Below are positions 36,432 through 47,500 of a stretch of 47,817 bases of DNA, in pieces. The stretch is from Octopus sinensis (lineage: Eukaryota). Position 1 is the stretch's first letter, and the number at the start of each line of letters is the position of its first letter. Where the stretch lies: NCBI RefSeq assembly GCF_006345805.1, contig NW_021834540.1:1-47817 (forward strand). Direction: 5' to 3'. The position numbers were made by a program, and so were the translations under genes. The notes beneath the pieces are model-generated. The model had not been told where the DNA came from, did not search any database, and saw nothing but the letters and a program-made list of their open reading frames with translations.

Positions 36432-36610
36432 CTTTATTTAAAGCAGCAGAAAATTCTATAAAACCTGTTACTCTGAGTTTCGTGAAACTCAGAGTAACAG
36501 GTTTTGTAGAATTTTCTGCTGCTTTAAATAAAGCATATTACTCTACCACTGGTATTTGAGTACTCTTTTTTTCCACCTTGTTTCACATTTATGTGTTTAC
36601 TCCGGTAGAT
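36432..36610. mobile_element. Penelope-like fold-back element P5 (50-bp arms, 2-nt spacer)
   Basis: 36432-36481 and 36484-36533 are reverse complements with one mismatch. (TA)n on both sides; 3' half of a hammerhead at the centre. Confidence 0.65.
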
Positions 36611-37518
36611 ATATATATAGAAAATTTTATAATTCTTAAATAATCATAATAGACGGTACACGAAGTACCAGCTTGCTAGAAATAAGAGTCCATTTATGAC
36701 AAAACCTTTTCAGTTAACTCTTGCGAAAGCCCACACATCTGATATGTATATCTCACACATCTTATATGTATGCCTGCAGGAAGTTTACAACTCAGAATAT
36801 ATATAAATATATATATATTGGAATGTGTGTATACGTGTGTATATATATGTATGTATATTTGTGCATACGTATATATGCATATAATGAAAGTTTCTGTTCT
36901 GGGATTTTGTGATTGCTATCTCCTTTGCTATCATATGCTTGCATGTAGAGCTCTCATACACACATACATGTAAGTACAGATACATATATTGATTCACATT
37001 CATTCATCCATATACATCTTAATATTAAACATGAGAGAAGGAGAGATCAAGAGAAACATAGTGGAAGAGAGGAGGAGGAAAGCAAAGATGAGGTGAGATG
37101 GAGGAGCAATGTTTGATGGATAAATCTGGAAAATTGGAAAACCTGGAAGTGTTTGGGAAAACATGCTAGAGAAAAAGAACCTACAAATACAAAATATAAC
37201 TATCTCTCAAGGGCAAGGAGCATGCAAAGAAAATGGGAACTATAGATGTGGTGATATCTAGTACCAGAGTATTAATTTTCTTTTGTGTATGCAAGGATAA
37301 AGATCTCTGTCTTCACATTAAGAAACAAGTTTGTTTCCACAAAATCCTTAGAATTATGCAATTTTCTGTTATGCAAAGCTAGCAGATCTTTGTAGTATTC
37401 ATGTATGGTCAGGATTTTCCAGTGATTCTGAAATCTGAACCATGTATTTTAATTGCCAGATGAAGCTTGCAATGTTTGTTGATGTTTTTAAATATCGAAT
37501 TATTATTAAGTAATCTCT

Positions 37519-37690
37519 GAAGGTGGCAAGCTGATAGAATCATTAGTACACTGGGCAGAATGCTTAGTGGCATTTTGCCTATCTTCATGTTATGAGTTCA
37601 AATTCCCCTGGGGTCAACTTTGTCTTTAATTCTTTTGGGGTCGATAAATTAACAACCAGTGAAACATTGGGTTCGATGTAATCAATTAGT
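37519..37690 (+). mobile_element. Family B SINE
   Basis: GGTGGCAAGCTGATAGAATC..GAGTTCAAATTCC..GGGGTCGATAAATTAA. Confidence 0.8.
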
Positions 37691-38278
37691 CGCTTAGAGT
37701 ATTATTTAGTAATCACTGCTTGCAGGAACTTTTGTTTAATCTGATATATCATTTTTGAATGGTGTTCTATTTCTCATCCATAGACTTGATTTCTGCTTCA
37801 TTAAAGAGGCCTTGATGTTACTTGTTCCATTCAGAGGACATACTGTAGCATCCTTGCAAGAATGTCCAGCCTCAGCCGTAGGGATTAGGGTTAGGATTAA
37901 ATACCATGTTGCACATTTGGAGCACAACTGAAGATTATCTTAACAGTGCTTCTATTGAACAACTTCCTGTATTGCATTCTTGTAAGAATTGCCTAATTTT
38001 TTATTTATTAAATTAAGGAATTATTCTAGAACTAACGTTGAATGGCAAGAGATTACAAACAAAATGACCCACTTGTGCCTCATTTTTCAAATGGTGCTGT
38101 GAGTGGAACTGTAAGGGATATTATGTTTTAATCCACTGACCTTGAGACATCATTGCCATAAGGATTATGACTTATTGATGATCTCTTTGCTGGATAATAG
38201 TCTGGGAGATCTTATGCTTATTTCTTCCTCAAAGAAGCCACATGCAGGTAAGCATTGTCAAACAGATCTATAAAGAAA

Positions 38279-38752
38279 CTAGCAGTATTTCCCGGCGTTG
38301 CTCAGGTTTGTTTTCTTTTCGATCCTTTAGAATTGGAATTTTTGAAAAGAAAAAATTTTGCATTATGTGGCTTGTCATTCTCTTTAAGTGAAATACACTG
38401 AAAATGGCGAAATATATGTTACATACACACATGATATTTTCTTCATTGCTTCTGTATATTAGATTCTGCTCACAATTTCTGGTTGAAATACACTGAAAAT
38501 GGCGACACAGCAGTCAAAAAATCGTAGAAAATAGGAATTTTCATAGAAAAAAAGCACCTTTTTGATGTAAATAATTTTTGATGTTAACATGGTCCGATTT
38601 GAATTTTTTCCTCTACAGAAGGAAGAGCAAGCCTTCTTCTATCAAACACTCAATTTTGGTCAACTTGTGCCGCAGGGTCTCGGAGGAGATAGTGTTAATT
38701 GAAGGCTACCAAACCTGCCATACACAGACAACTTCAGCTTTATATATATAGA
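38279..38752 (-). mobile_element. Non-autonomous Helitron
   Basis: Minus strand runs A|TCTATATATATAAAGC ... CCTGAGCAACGCCGGG (subterminal hairpin, 38291-38306) AAATACTG CTAG|T. 5' TC, 3' CTAG and an A/T target are canonical Helitron features. Confidence 0.8.
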
Positions 38753-38952
38753 TATAACACACCCTGATGTAGTGTATTGAGTTTATGTTTATTCCTTATA
38801 TTTTATGATTTAATTTTGAATTTATTACAAAATTTCTTGGCAATAGCATCATTACTTATTGATTTCCAAAGAGACAATCATGGGGTCATTTAATGTTTAG
38901 CAGGAAAAAGGAAAAAGGGAATGTATATAACTCAATGCAGAACAAATATCAA

Positions 38953-39145
38953 TACTCTTTACTCTTTTACTTGTTTCAGTCATTTGGCTGCGGCCATGCT
39001 GGAGCACCGCCTTTAATCGAGCAACTCGACCCTGGGACTTATTCTTTTGTAAGTCCAGTACTTATTCTATCGGTCTCTTTTGCCGAACCGCTAAGTAACG
39101 GAGACATAAACACACCAGCATCGGTTGTCAAGCAATGCTAGGGGG
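38953..39145 (-). mobile_element. Family A SINE, 3' half
   Basis: TACTCTTTTACTTGTTTCAGTCATTTG..CCATGCTGGAGCACCGCC..GGTTGTCAAGCAATGCTAGGGG. Confidence 0.85.
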
Positions 39146-39300
39146 TGACTTCATTCAAAAAGTGATGAGTTATCAGATTTCTAGCTGGTATTTATATCAT
39201 TCACTGATACATAAGAAGGGAAAGACTCACATACACATATATATCTATATACATATATATATATGTATGTGTATATGTATATATATATATATATATATGA

Positions 39301-39331
<31 letters not shown>

Positions 39332-39333
<2 letters not shown>

Positions 39334-39682
39334 CTCTTTTTACTCTTTTACTCTTTTACTTGTTTCAGTCATTTGACTGCGGCCATGCTGGAGCACCACC
39401 TTTTAGTACTTATTCTATCGGTCTCTTTTTGCCGAACCGCTAAGTGATGGGGACCTAAACACACCAGCATCGGTTGTCAAGCAATGCTAGGGGGACAAAC
39501 ACAGACACACAAACACACACACATATACATATATATACATATATACGACAGGCTTCTTTCAGTTTCCGTCTACCAAATCCACTCACAAGGCATTGGTCGG
39601 CCCAGGGCTATAGCAGTGGGACTGAACCCGCAACCGTGTGGTTGGTTAGCAAGCTACTTACCACACAGCCACTCCTGCGCCT
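39332..39682 (-). mobile_element. Family A SINE with two internal deletions
   Basis: Both halves present. Lacks about 55 bp of the body and the CCTTGGGCAAG box of the head. Confidence 0.85.
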
Positions 39683-39844
39683 ATATATATATATATGTTT
39701 ATATATATGTTTATATATGTGTGTATGTGTATATATATATATGTAAAATATGTATATACCTTAAAAGAAATATATGTTACATACACACATGATATTTTCT
39801 TCATTGCTTCTGTATATTAGATTCTGCTCACAATCTATTGATCA

Positions 39845-40150
39845 ACTAGATATTGTCATAGAAGGAACTGAAAGAAGCTTATCATGTGTGTGTGTGTTGT
39901 GTACAGAGAGAAAGATGTATATATGTATTTATGTATGTATATATTGTGTGTTACTGCCTCCTTGCTGCTGACATCAAGTGATAGCTGTAAATGAATGTCG
40001 CTGTTATCCAGTCTTCCATGAAAAACATGTCTGGTCATGAGGAAATATTATCTTGCTGGGAAACAGGTGAGGATTGTTGACAGGAAGGACATCTGGACAC
40101 AGAAAATATGCTTCAGCAAATTCCGTCCAACCCTGATGAGTATGGAAAGT
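39845..40150 (+). mobile_element. SINE with family A-like 5' part and RTE-type (family C-like) tail
   Basis: GAACTGAAAGAAGC plus microsatellite, then CAGGAAGGACATCTGG..CCGTCCAACCC..ATGGAAAGTGG. Confidence 0.5.
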
Positions 40151-40175
40151 GGGTTTAAAATAATGACGGTCATAA

Positions 40176-40207
<32 letters not shown>

Positions 40208-40455
40208 TGGTAAAAACGATATGATAACAAAAGAAAGAAAGATACCTCAATATTATGTAAATAGAGGAAATTTATCTGTAAATTAATATGTTACCATTAT
40301 TCAATAGTCAAGATAAAACTCTGAGTTTCAGATGCCAAAGTGGAAATTCAGATGGCCAGATAACCGAAGTGACGGTGTTGTGGATTTCCACTTCGGCATC
40401 TGAAACTCAGAGTTTTATCTTCACTATTGAATAATGGTAACATATTAATTTACAG

Positions 40456-40457
<2 letters not shown>
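40208..40457. mobile_element. Penelope-like inverted-repeat element, family P2 (77-bp arms, 30-nt spacer)
   Basis: 40274-40350 vs 40381-40457, three mismatches. (TA)n flanks; homologous to 13391-13557. Confidence 0.7.
40359..40419 (+). ncRNA. Hammerhead-like motif (core mutated)
   Basis: GAUAA-CCGAAGU..GUGG(AUUU)CCAC..GAA-ACUC(A)GAGU-U-UUAUC. Stem I GAUAA/UUAUC is intact. The core deviates at two positions that are canonical in the 13549-13555 copy. Confidence 0.45.
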
Positions 40458-40496
<39 letters not shown>

Positions 40497-40506
<10 letters not shown>

Positions 40507-40842
40507 TAAATTAGAGATAAAACCACTATTAGGCAAATCATACAATGAAAAACTTAAGCCAATACATATGATTAATTAATTTATATTATTTAAATATATA
40601 TCAAAATTATTAAAAAAGATAATTAGTGTTATATTAATTATCTTTTTTAATAATTTTGATATATATTTAAATAATATAAATTAATTAATCATATGTATTG
40701 GCTTAAGTTTTTCATTGTATGATTTGCCTAATAGTGGTTTTATCTCTAATTTAATATAATATAATATTTTACTATAAAATTGGATTCAATCCTAAATCTG
40801 ATATTTCCCTGTAAGTTTGGATTTATTCCCTAATATTTTATT
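40497..40842. mobile_element. Microsatellite-embedded element with a 129-bp-arm palindrome plus mini-element E-like tail
   Basis: 40497-40625 and 40635-40763 appear to be exact reverse complements around a 9-nt spacer. Confidence 0.6.
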
Positions 40843-41070
40843 ATATATATATATATATATGTATATGTATATGTGTGTGTGCATGTACATATGTATGTAT
40901 GTAAGTATGTATATATAAATGTATGTATGTTCGTATGTATGTATGAATGTATGTATGTGTGTATGTATGTATGTTTTTATATTCAGTTATTATAAAAATA
41001 AATTTTACATTAATATGATGGGTGACTATACTTTGGTAGAGTACAAATTTACTATTCTTATGCAAAAATA

Positions 41071-41160
41071 GTGTTGACAGTAACTTTGAAGTGTCAGCCA
41101 TCTAAGCCATCAATCCGACGATGGCTTAGTTGGGTGAAACTTCGAAGTTACTGTCAGCAT
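41071..41160. other. 90-nt pre-miRNA-like hairpin
   Basis: 41-bp stem (41071-41111/41120-41160) with three mismatches and three G-U pairs on the plus strand; loop AATCCGAC. Confidence 0.45.
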
Positions 41161-41185
41161 CATCCTTGTATAAGAATAATATATG

Positions 41186-41538
41186 CCACTGTGTATCACC
41201 TTGGGCAAGTATCTTCTACTATAGCCTTGGGCCGACCAAAGCCTTGTGAATATATTTAGTAGACAGAAACTGAAAGAAGCCCGTCGTATATACATATATG
41301 TGTGTGTGTGTGTGCGTGTGTTTGTGTGTCTGTGTTTGTCCCACCCCCACCACTGCTTGACAACCGATGTTGGTCTGTTTATGTTTCCATAACTTAGCAG
41401 TTCTGCAAAAGAGAGCAATAGAATAAGTACTAGTCTCACAAAGAATAAGTCCTGGGATCGATTTGTTCAACTAAAGGTGGTGCTCCAGCATGGTCACAGT
41501 CAAATGACTGAAAGAGATAATAGAATAAAAGAATAAAA
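41186..41538 (+). mobile_element. Family A SINE lacking most of its tRNA head
   Basis: Begins at CCACTGTGTATCACCTTGGGCAAG; complete body and GAATAAAA tail. Confidence 0.85.
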
Positions 41539-42194
41539 TGCCAATTATGGTAAAGGTAATTTTTTTAAATATTAAATTCCTTACCAAAAATTCTAGTATC
41601 TAGGCCTTACCAAGCGTATATTTCCATGCTTGCCTGTTGCATGTAAGTGTGTACATGTGCATTTGTACGTGTGTGTGTGTGTGTGCACGCATGTGCGCTC
41701 ATGCATGCATGTTTTTATGTTGTTACTGATGGATTATCCTACAGCATATTGCATGAATTTGTGCAACAAGTGTTTTCACACCTGAAGCCACATTTCATAT
41801 TTATTTCCCAACTATAATTACTTGCTTAAGAACTTCATGCTGTTACCTTTTATTACACCTGAATGATGCAATCAACATGCTTTGCCAGCAGGATTGGAAA
41901 AACTGTATTTTTGTTTTCCATTTGATTTTCCACTTAACTCATAAAAGTTGTTTCAACTGAACCCAATGTCTGTGTAAGTTTTACATGTGTGTTTTATACT
42001 TTGTTTGCATGTTGTTGCTATGGTTTGTGTTTATTTTTACTTATATTTATTTGCTAGAATTTTGTTTATTATCATTATCATTTTTATTGGGTTTTTTTCG
42101 TTTCCTTTGTTTATATGTTTTCCTATATAATTCCATACTCCATTATTTTGTACTGTCCTCAATATTTTTAGCAACACTTGTAGTTAATAGTATA

Positions 42195-43505
42195 ATATAT
42201 ATGATCATTCCGCCGAGATCAACGTTGCCTTTCATCCTTTCGAGGTCAATAAATTAAGTACCAGTTGCATGCTGGGGTTGATCTAATCATTTGGCCCCCC
42301 TCCCCAAAAATTTCGGGCCTTGTGCCTAGAGTAGAAAAGAATATATATGATCATTATTATTATTGGGAAGTTAGAGGGATCATTACCACAGAGTACAAAA
42401 TGCTTAGCAGTATTTCTGTAGTGTTCTTTATGTTTTGAGTTCAATTTAATTTGATTTTTAATTGTTTCAGGGTTATCGAAATAAGAACCAAACTAGCCTC
42501 ACCCTACAAAATTTCAGGCCTTGTGCCAATATTAGAAAGGATTATTATTTTTGGTGAGCTAGCCAAATCATTATCACACTAGACAAAATTTTTATTAGCA
42601 TTTTGTCTGGTTCTATATAATCTTAGTTCAAATTCCACCGAGGTTAACTTTGCTTGCTATCTTTACATATTCAATGAAATAAGTACCAATTAAATTCTTT
42701 CATACCTTGACCCCATAGAAGAAAAAATTATTATTATAATTTCTATGTTAGCATGTTGAGCAAAATGCTTTGTTATATTTCATTGGTCTTTACATTCTGA
42801 GTTCAAATTCCACCAAGGTTGACTTTATTTTCTATCTATACATAGTTGATGCATAGTCAAAAAAATAAGTTCTAGTTAAAACACTTCCCACAAAATTTCA
42901 GGCTTTGTACTCATAACAGAAACAATTATTATTATTTTTATGTTAGCATGCTGGGCAAAATGCTTAGCAGTATTTCATCCATGTGGTAATAAGGTGGTGA
43001 GCTGGCAGAAACGTTAGCATGCCGGGTGAAATGCGTAGCCGTATTTCGTCTGCCGTTACGTTCTGAGTTCAAATTCCACTGAGGTCAACTTTGCCTTTCA
43101 TCCTTTCAGGGTCGATTAAATAAGTACCAGTTACACACTGAGGTCGATATAATCGACTTAATCCGTTTGTCTGTCCTTGTTTGTCCCTTCTGTGTTTAGC
43201 CCCTTATGGGTAGTAAAGAAAGAGGTATTTGATCCATCTTTACATTTTCTGCTCAAATTCTGCCGAGGTTGTACATCACTTTGGACTATTCCAATTCTAC
43301 TGTTGGTTTCAAATTTTGGTACAAGGCCAGCAATTTCAGGAAAGAGTGAAGTTGATTACAAAAGTCCCAATGTTCAACTGATACTTAATTTATTGCCCTT
43401 GAAAGGATGAAAGGCAAAATCGAACTCAGCAGATTTTGAATTCAGGATATATAGACAGACAAAATGCTGCTAACCATTTTGTCCAGTATGCTAACAACTC
43501 ACCAC
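42195..43505 (+). mobile_element. Dense family B cluster (about seven plus-strand copies or fragments, one minus-strand copy at about 43310-43505)
   Basis: Repeated GTTCAAATTCCACC..GGT(T/C)(A/G)ACTTTG and AAAATTTC(A/G)GGC motifs separated by ATT tails. Confidence 0.8.
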
Positions 43506-43536
43506 TTTATTCCAATTCTAATTCTTAAGTTCATCA

Positions 43537-43812
43537 TTGTCATCATTTAACGTCCACTTTCCATGCTAGCATGAGTTGGACGATTTCACAGAAGACTGGC
43601 AAACCAGATGGCTGCACCAGGCTCCAATCTGATCTGGCAGAGTTTCTACAGCTGGATGCTCTTCCTAACACCAACCATTCCAAGAGTGTAATAGGTGCTT
43701 TTATGTGCCACCGGCACGAGGGCCAGTCAAGCAGTACTGGCAATGGCCATGCTCAAATGGTGTTTTTTACATGCCACCTGCACAGGAGCCAGTCCAGCAG
43801 CACTGGCAATAA
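43537..43812 (-). mobile_element. Family C copy (second subfamily)
   Basis: TTTAACGTCCACTTTCCATGCTAGC..CCAGATGGCTGCACCAGGCTCCAATCTG. Confidence 0.85.
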
Positions 43813-45494
43813 CCTAGTCCAACTCAGTCTCAAACTTTGGAACACCCAGCTACCTTTATGTTGACATAATACACAGGTATTACAGTTGATCAACCAGGTG
43901 AATTCTCATCATTTACGTCACTAGAGACTCATTATTTTCCTTATTTTGGTCTGTAATCTCAATGAATATCTTATAGAAGTCTTACTAAATGTGACATTTA
44001 TATAATTTCCAAGCAGTGATGTTGAAATAAGTTCCAGCTATAATATTTTACCAATAATTGGTTCAGACTATTTACATATCTCACTTGTAATCTCTTCTTC
44101 ATGTTATGGCAAAAATATAATCTGTCTTTTTTATATTGCTGTAATTTTTTTTATGTGTGTGTGTCCTACAAGTCTTTTAGTACAATTAATATTGTACAAA
44201 GAATTAAATATCATCATTGAAAGAATTCAATCAATCGTTTCCGCTAGAATAATGGTAATAGAATGAATTTTCTATAATGTAAGGTAAATGTTTGTGCAAA
44301 AGAAAAAAAGTAAGATAATAATAATGAAATAAAATGTAAAAAATAATAATGAAATATGAAGAAAAAATATATTCGGAGCTGTTCTGAAATATTTATTGGA
44401 AAAGCTAATGTTTTATGCTAAAGTTTTATGAAAGAATGTATATAAAAAAAAGTCTCAGCTCCTTACACAATAAACTCTGTAGCTTGCAATAGTGTATATA
44501 AGATTTTTATGTTAGAACTGATTGGATAGAATCAGTATGAGAAGGCATCCAACTAAAACACATTTTTAACAATTTGTACAGAAATAGTTGACTTTAGAAT
44601 CTATACTAGCAAACACATACATTCATTTGTGTATACACATGCACACACACATGTATATTAATGTTTGTTTTTCTGTTAAGTTACAATAAAAACAGTTTTA
44701 CATTAAACTGAAGGATTACTCAATACTTTTTATTGATATTTTCTTATGCATCTATCTTTTATATGTATGTATATATGTGTGTATATATATATATATATCT
44801 GTCTATCTATCTATCTATCTATCTATATATATATATTATATTATATATATATAGATAGATAGATAGATACATACACCCACATATGCATATTATATATGTG
44901 TATAATATATATATATATATATATATATACAGTTATACATTTACATAATACGTAATATGTAAGCGCATAAAAACAACATGTATAATATATGCATAAAATA
45001 TAAATAATAGTATGTATACATACAATAGATAAATACATATACATTTATATATATTTATACATACATATATCCTGAGTTCACTTTGTTGGATTATAAATAG
45101 CTTACAGAGTGTATATCTGAGACAATTCAAATAAATAAGGAGAATACATACACACACACACACACACACACACATATGTAGTGAATAGATAGTGCTAATA
45201 TATCCAGGCAAGCATCAGTCAAGCACCCCAGTTTAATCCAAGTTATGGCTAACTGCATCGAATGGTAAAGAATAACCTTGGGCTATTTGAAGTAAACAAT
45301 CCTACTGTATTTCATCTGATGGGTAAATCTTGAGATTGCTTCATCAGATTATAAATAGCTTACTGGGTGTATATCCCAGACAATTTCATAGTTTTTATCA
45401 TAATGGTCAATTATATAGCATTTTTAATTAAAATCTCTGTCTGGCATATGTTTGTAGTGAAATTTAATAGTGGCAACACCTTCAATAAAATTGC

Positions 45495-46385
45495 ATGGAC
45501 ACATTTTGCCTTTCATCATTTCAGGGTTGGTAATTTAAGTACCAGTTGTGTACTGGGGGTCGATCTAATCAACTGCCTCCCCCTCCCCAAAAATTTCAGG
45601 TCTTGTGCTTAGAGTAGAAAAGAATATTTAATATTGTGTAATTAAGGGGATACTTGTGATGGTAGAACCTACCTGTATCAATTTTGCTTGCCATACTCTC
45701 GGAAGGCTTCACAAGTGTGGGAAGAGGGAATATGTATGGACAAGTTCTGAACACGATGAACAAACAGGAATGCAAATGAATATCACATTCTGAGATATCC
45801 ATGCAGCAGAAACGTATGTCTGACAGAGAATTAAATATGCTGTGGAAGTAACTGTGATGATAACAACTGTGTAGATGAATAATTGTCTCTATTTATTTGA
45901 ATTGTTTTACATACATATGCTAACAAAAATACCCTGTTGTTGATGTTGAAATTCCGCTGAAGGAACCTTGGATTTTGGTTAGAAACCGGTTCTTTCTCTG
46001 TTGGCAAGAAATCTTGAAATAAATGAGTTCAAATTCCACCAGGGTTAACCTTGCCTTTCATCATTTTGGGGTTGATAATTTAAGTACCAGTTGTGAACTG
46101 GGGTCGATCTAATCGACTGCCTCCCCCTCCCCAAAAATTTCAAGCCTTGTGCCTAGAGTAGAAAAGAATATTTAGTATGACAGAATTGTTAGCACACTGG
46201 GTAGAATGCTTAACGGTATTTCAGCCGTCCTCACTTTCTGAGTTCAAATTCTACTGGGCTCATCTTTGCTTTTCATTCTTTTGGGCCTGATAAATTAAGT
46301 ACCAGTGAAACATTGGGGTCAATGTAATTGATTAGCCCCCTCCCACAAAACCTCAAAGCTTTTTGCCTTCGGTAGGAAAGAATAT
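45495..46385 (+). mobile_element. Family B copies (45495-45625, 46023-46170, 46175-46385)
   Basis: TTGCCTTTCATCATTT..TTTAAGTACCAGTTG..GGGGTCGATCTAATC..GAGTAGAAAAGAAT. Confidence 0.8.
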
Positions 46386-47234
46386 TTAATATCACACACA
46401 CACACTCTCTCTCTCTCTAAATCTGAATCCAAATTCCACCAAGTCAGATGAACTTATCATCATTTCAGGGCAAAGAAAAAAAACAAATGCCAAATTAGCT
46501 AACGAAGGCATCAGATTGAATCATTAGAACATCAAACAAGATGCTCTGTAGTATCTGTTTTGTCTGTTTGTGTAATGAAGGGGATACATGTGATGGTAGG
46601 GCCTACCTGAATCAGTTTTGCTTGCCTTACTCTTGGAAGGTTTCACAAGTGTGGGAAGAAGGAACATGAAAACCACCCGTCTTCTTTCCAACTCATCAAC
46701 AAAATTAATGTAACTAAGTTGGCTAGGCATGTATGGGGTTTGAAGAAATCTTATGCAAGCCTGCCCTTTCAAGAATAAATTTCCAAATAGAAAGGAACTT
46801 TCCTCGTGCACTACAATGCTCAATACTGATTAACAAAGGCCTTGTATGCATGTATGTGTGTTTGTATTTAAGCATTTATGCTCATATGTGTATATATGTA
46901 TTATGTATGTATGTGTTTATGTATACATGTATGCATGTGTATGTGTCTGTAATTATGTACATGTGTGTATGCATGCATGTATATGACTGCATGTATTCAT
47001 ATATGTATACAAGTGTATGTATATATGTACGAGTCTGTACGTGTATGTAAATGTATATTTATATATTTGTATGTAAGCATACATATATTTATGTAAAAAT
47101 ACATATATGTCTATGAATGAATGCATGCATTTATATATGTTTTTGTTGAGGGTAGATTTATTTCAGTTTATTACTTCACACAATTCAAGCAGGTCAAAGT
47201 GGCAAAGTTCCTCTCTGGTTTTCAGAACTGGTCA

Positions 47235-47269
<35 letters not shown>

Positions 47270-47270
47270 A

Positions 47271-47446
47271 GATTGTTAGCCACTACACACATTTTTTCTC
47301 TCCTTGTTTTTTCTGTGTCCCTTTCTGTAAAAGTGCGTAGGCTCGAAACGTAAAAGACTTTTTCTATTCCTGAGCATTATACTAATACATCAGTTTGTTT
47401 TGTACACCACCTGTTTTCGTCTTTTGTTTTTTTCGTAAACTCTCCC
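47271..47446 (+). mobile_element. Penelope-like terminal-repeat fragment, family P1
   Basis: Homologous to 4477-4656, with (TA)n on both sides. Hammerhead-like motif at 47321-47356 with intact GAA-ACGU-A-AAAG. Confidence 0.6.
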
Positions 47447-47447
47447 T

Positions 47448-47500
<53 letters not shown>

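Noticed and set aside
37880-37900. Interstitial telomeric TTAGGG
   Set aside because: Only one or two units, as expected by chance.
37736-37927. Non-repetitive 63-aa minus-strand ORF as a possible exon
   Set aside because: No recognisable motif, no convincing splice-site pair, and a length expected by chance. Only a homology search or RNA-seq could rescue it.
38200-38253. Strong splice donor CAG|GTAAGC at 38247/38248
   Set aside because: Similar motifs occur elsewhere (for example near 3537), there is no convincing acceptor, and the upstream peptide is unrecognisable.
40133-40150. CTGATGA...GAAA hammerhead-like string
   Set aside because: It aligns to the CCCATGCTAGCATGGAAAG tail of family C-like elements and has no stems, so it is a chance product of decay.
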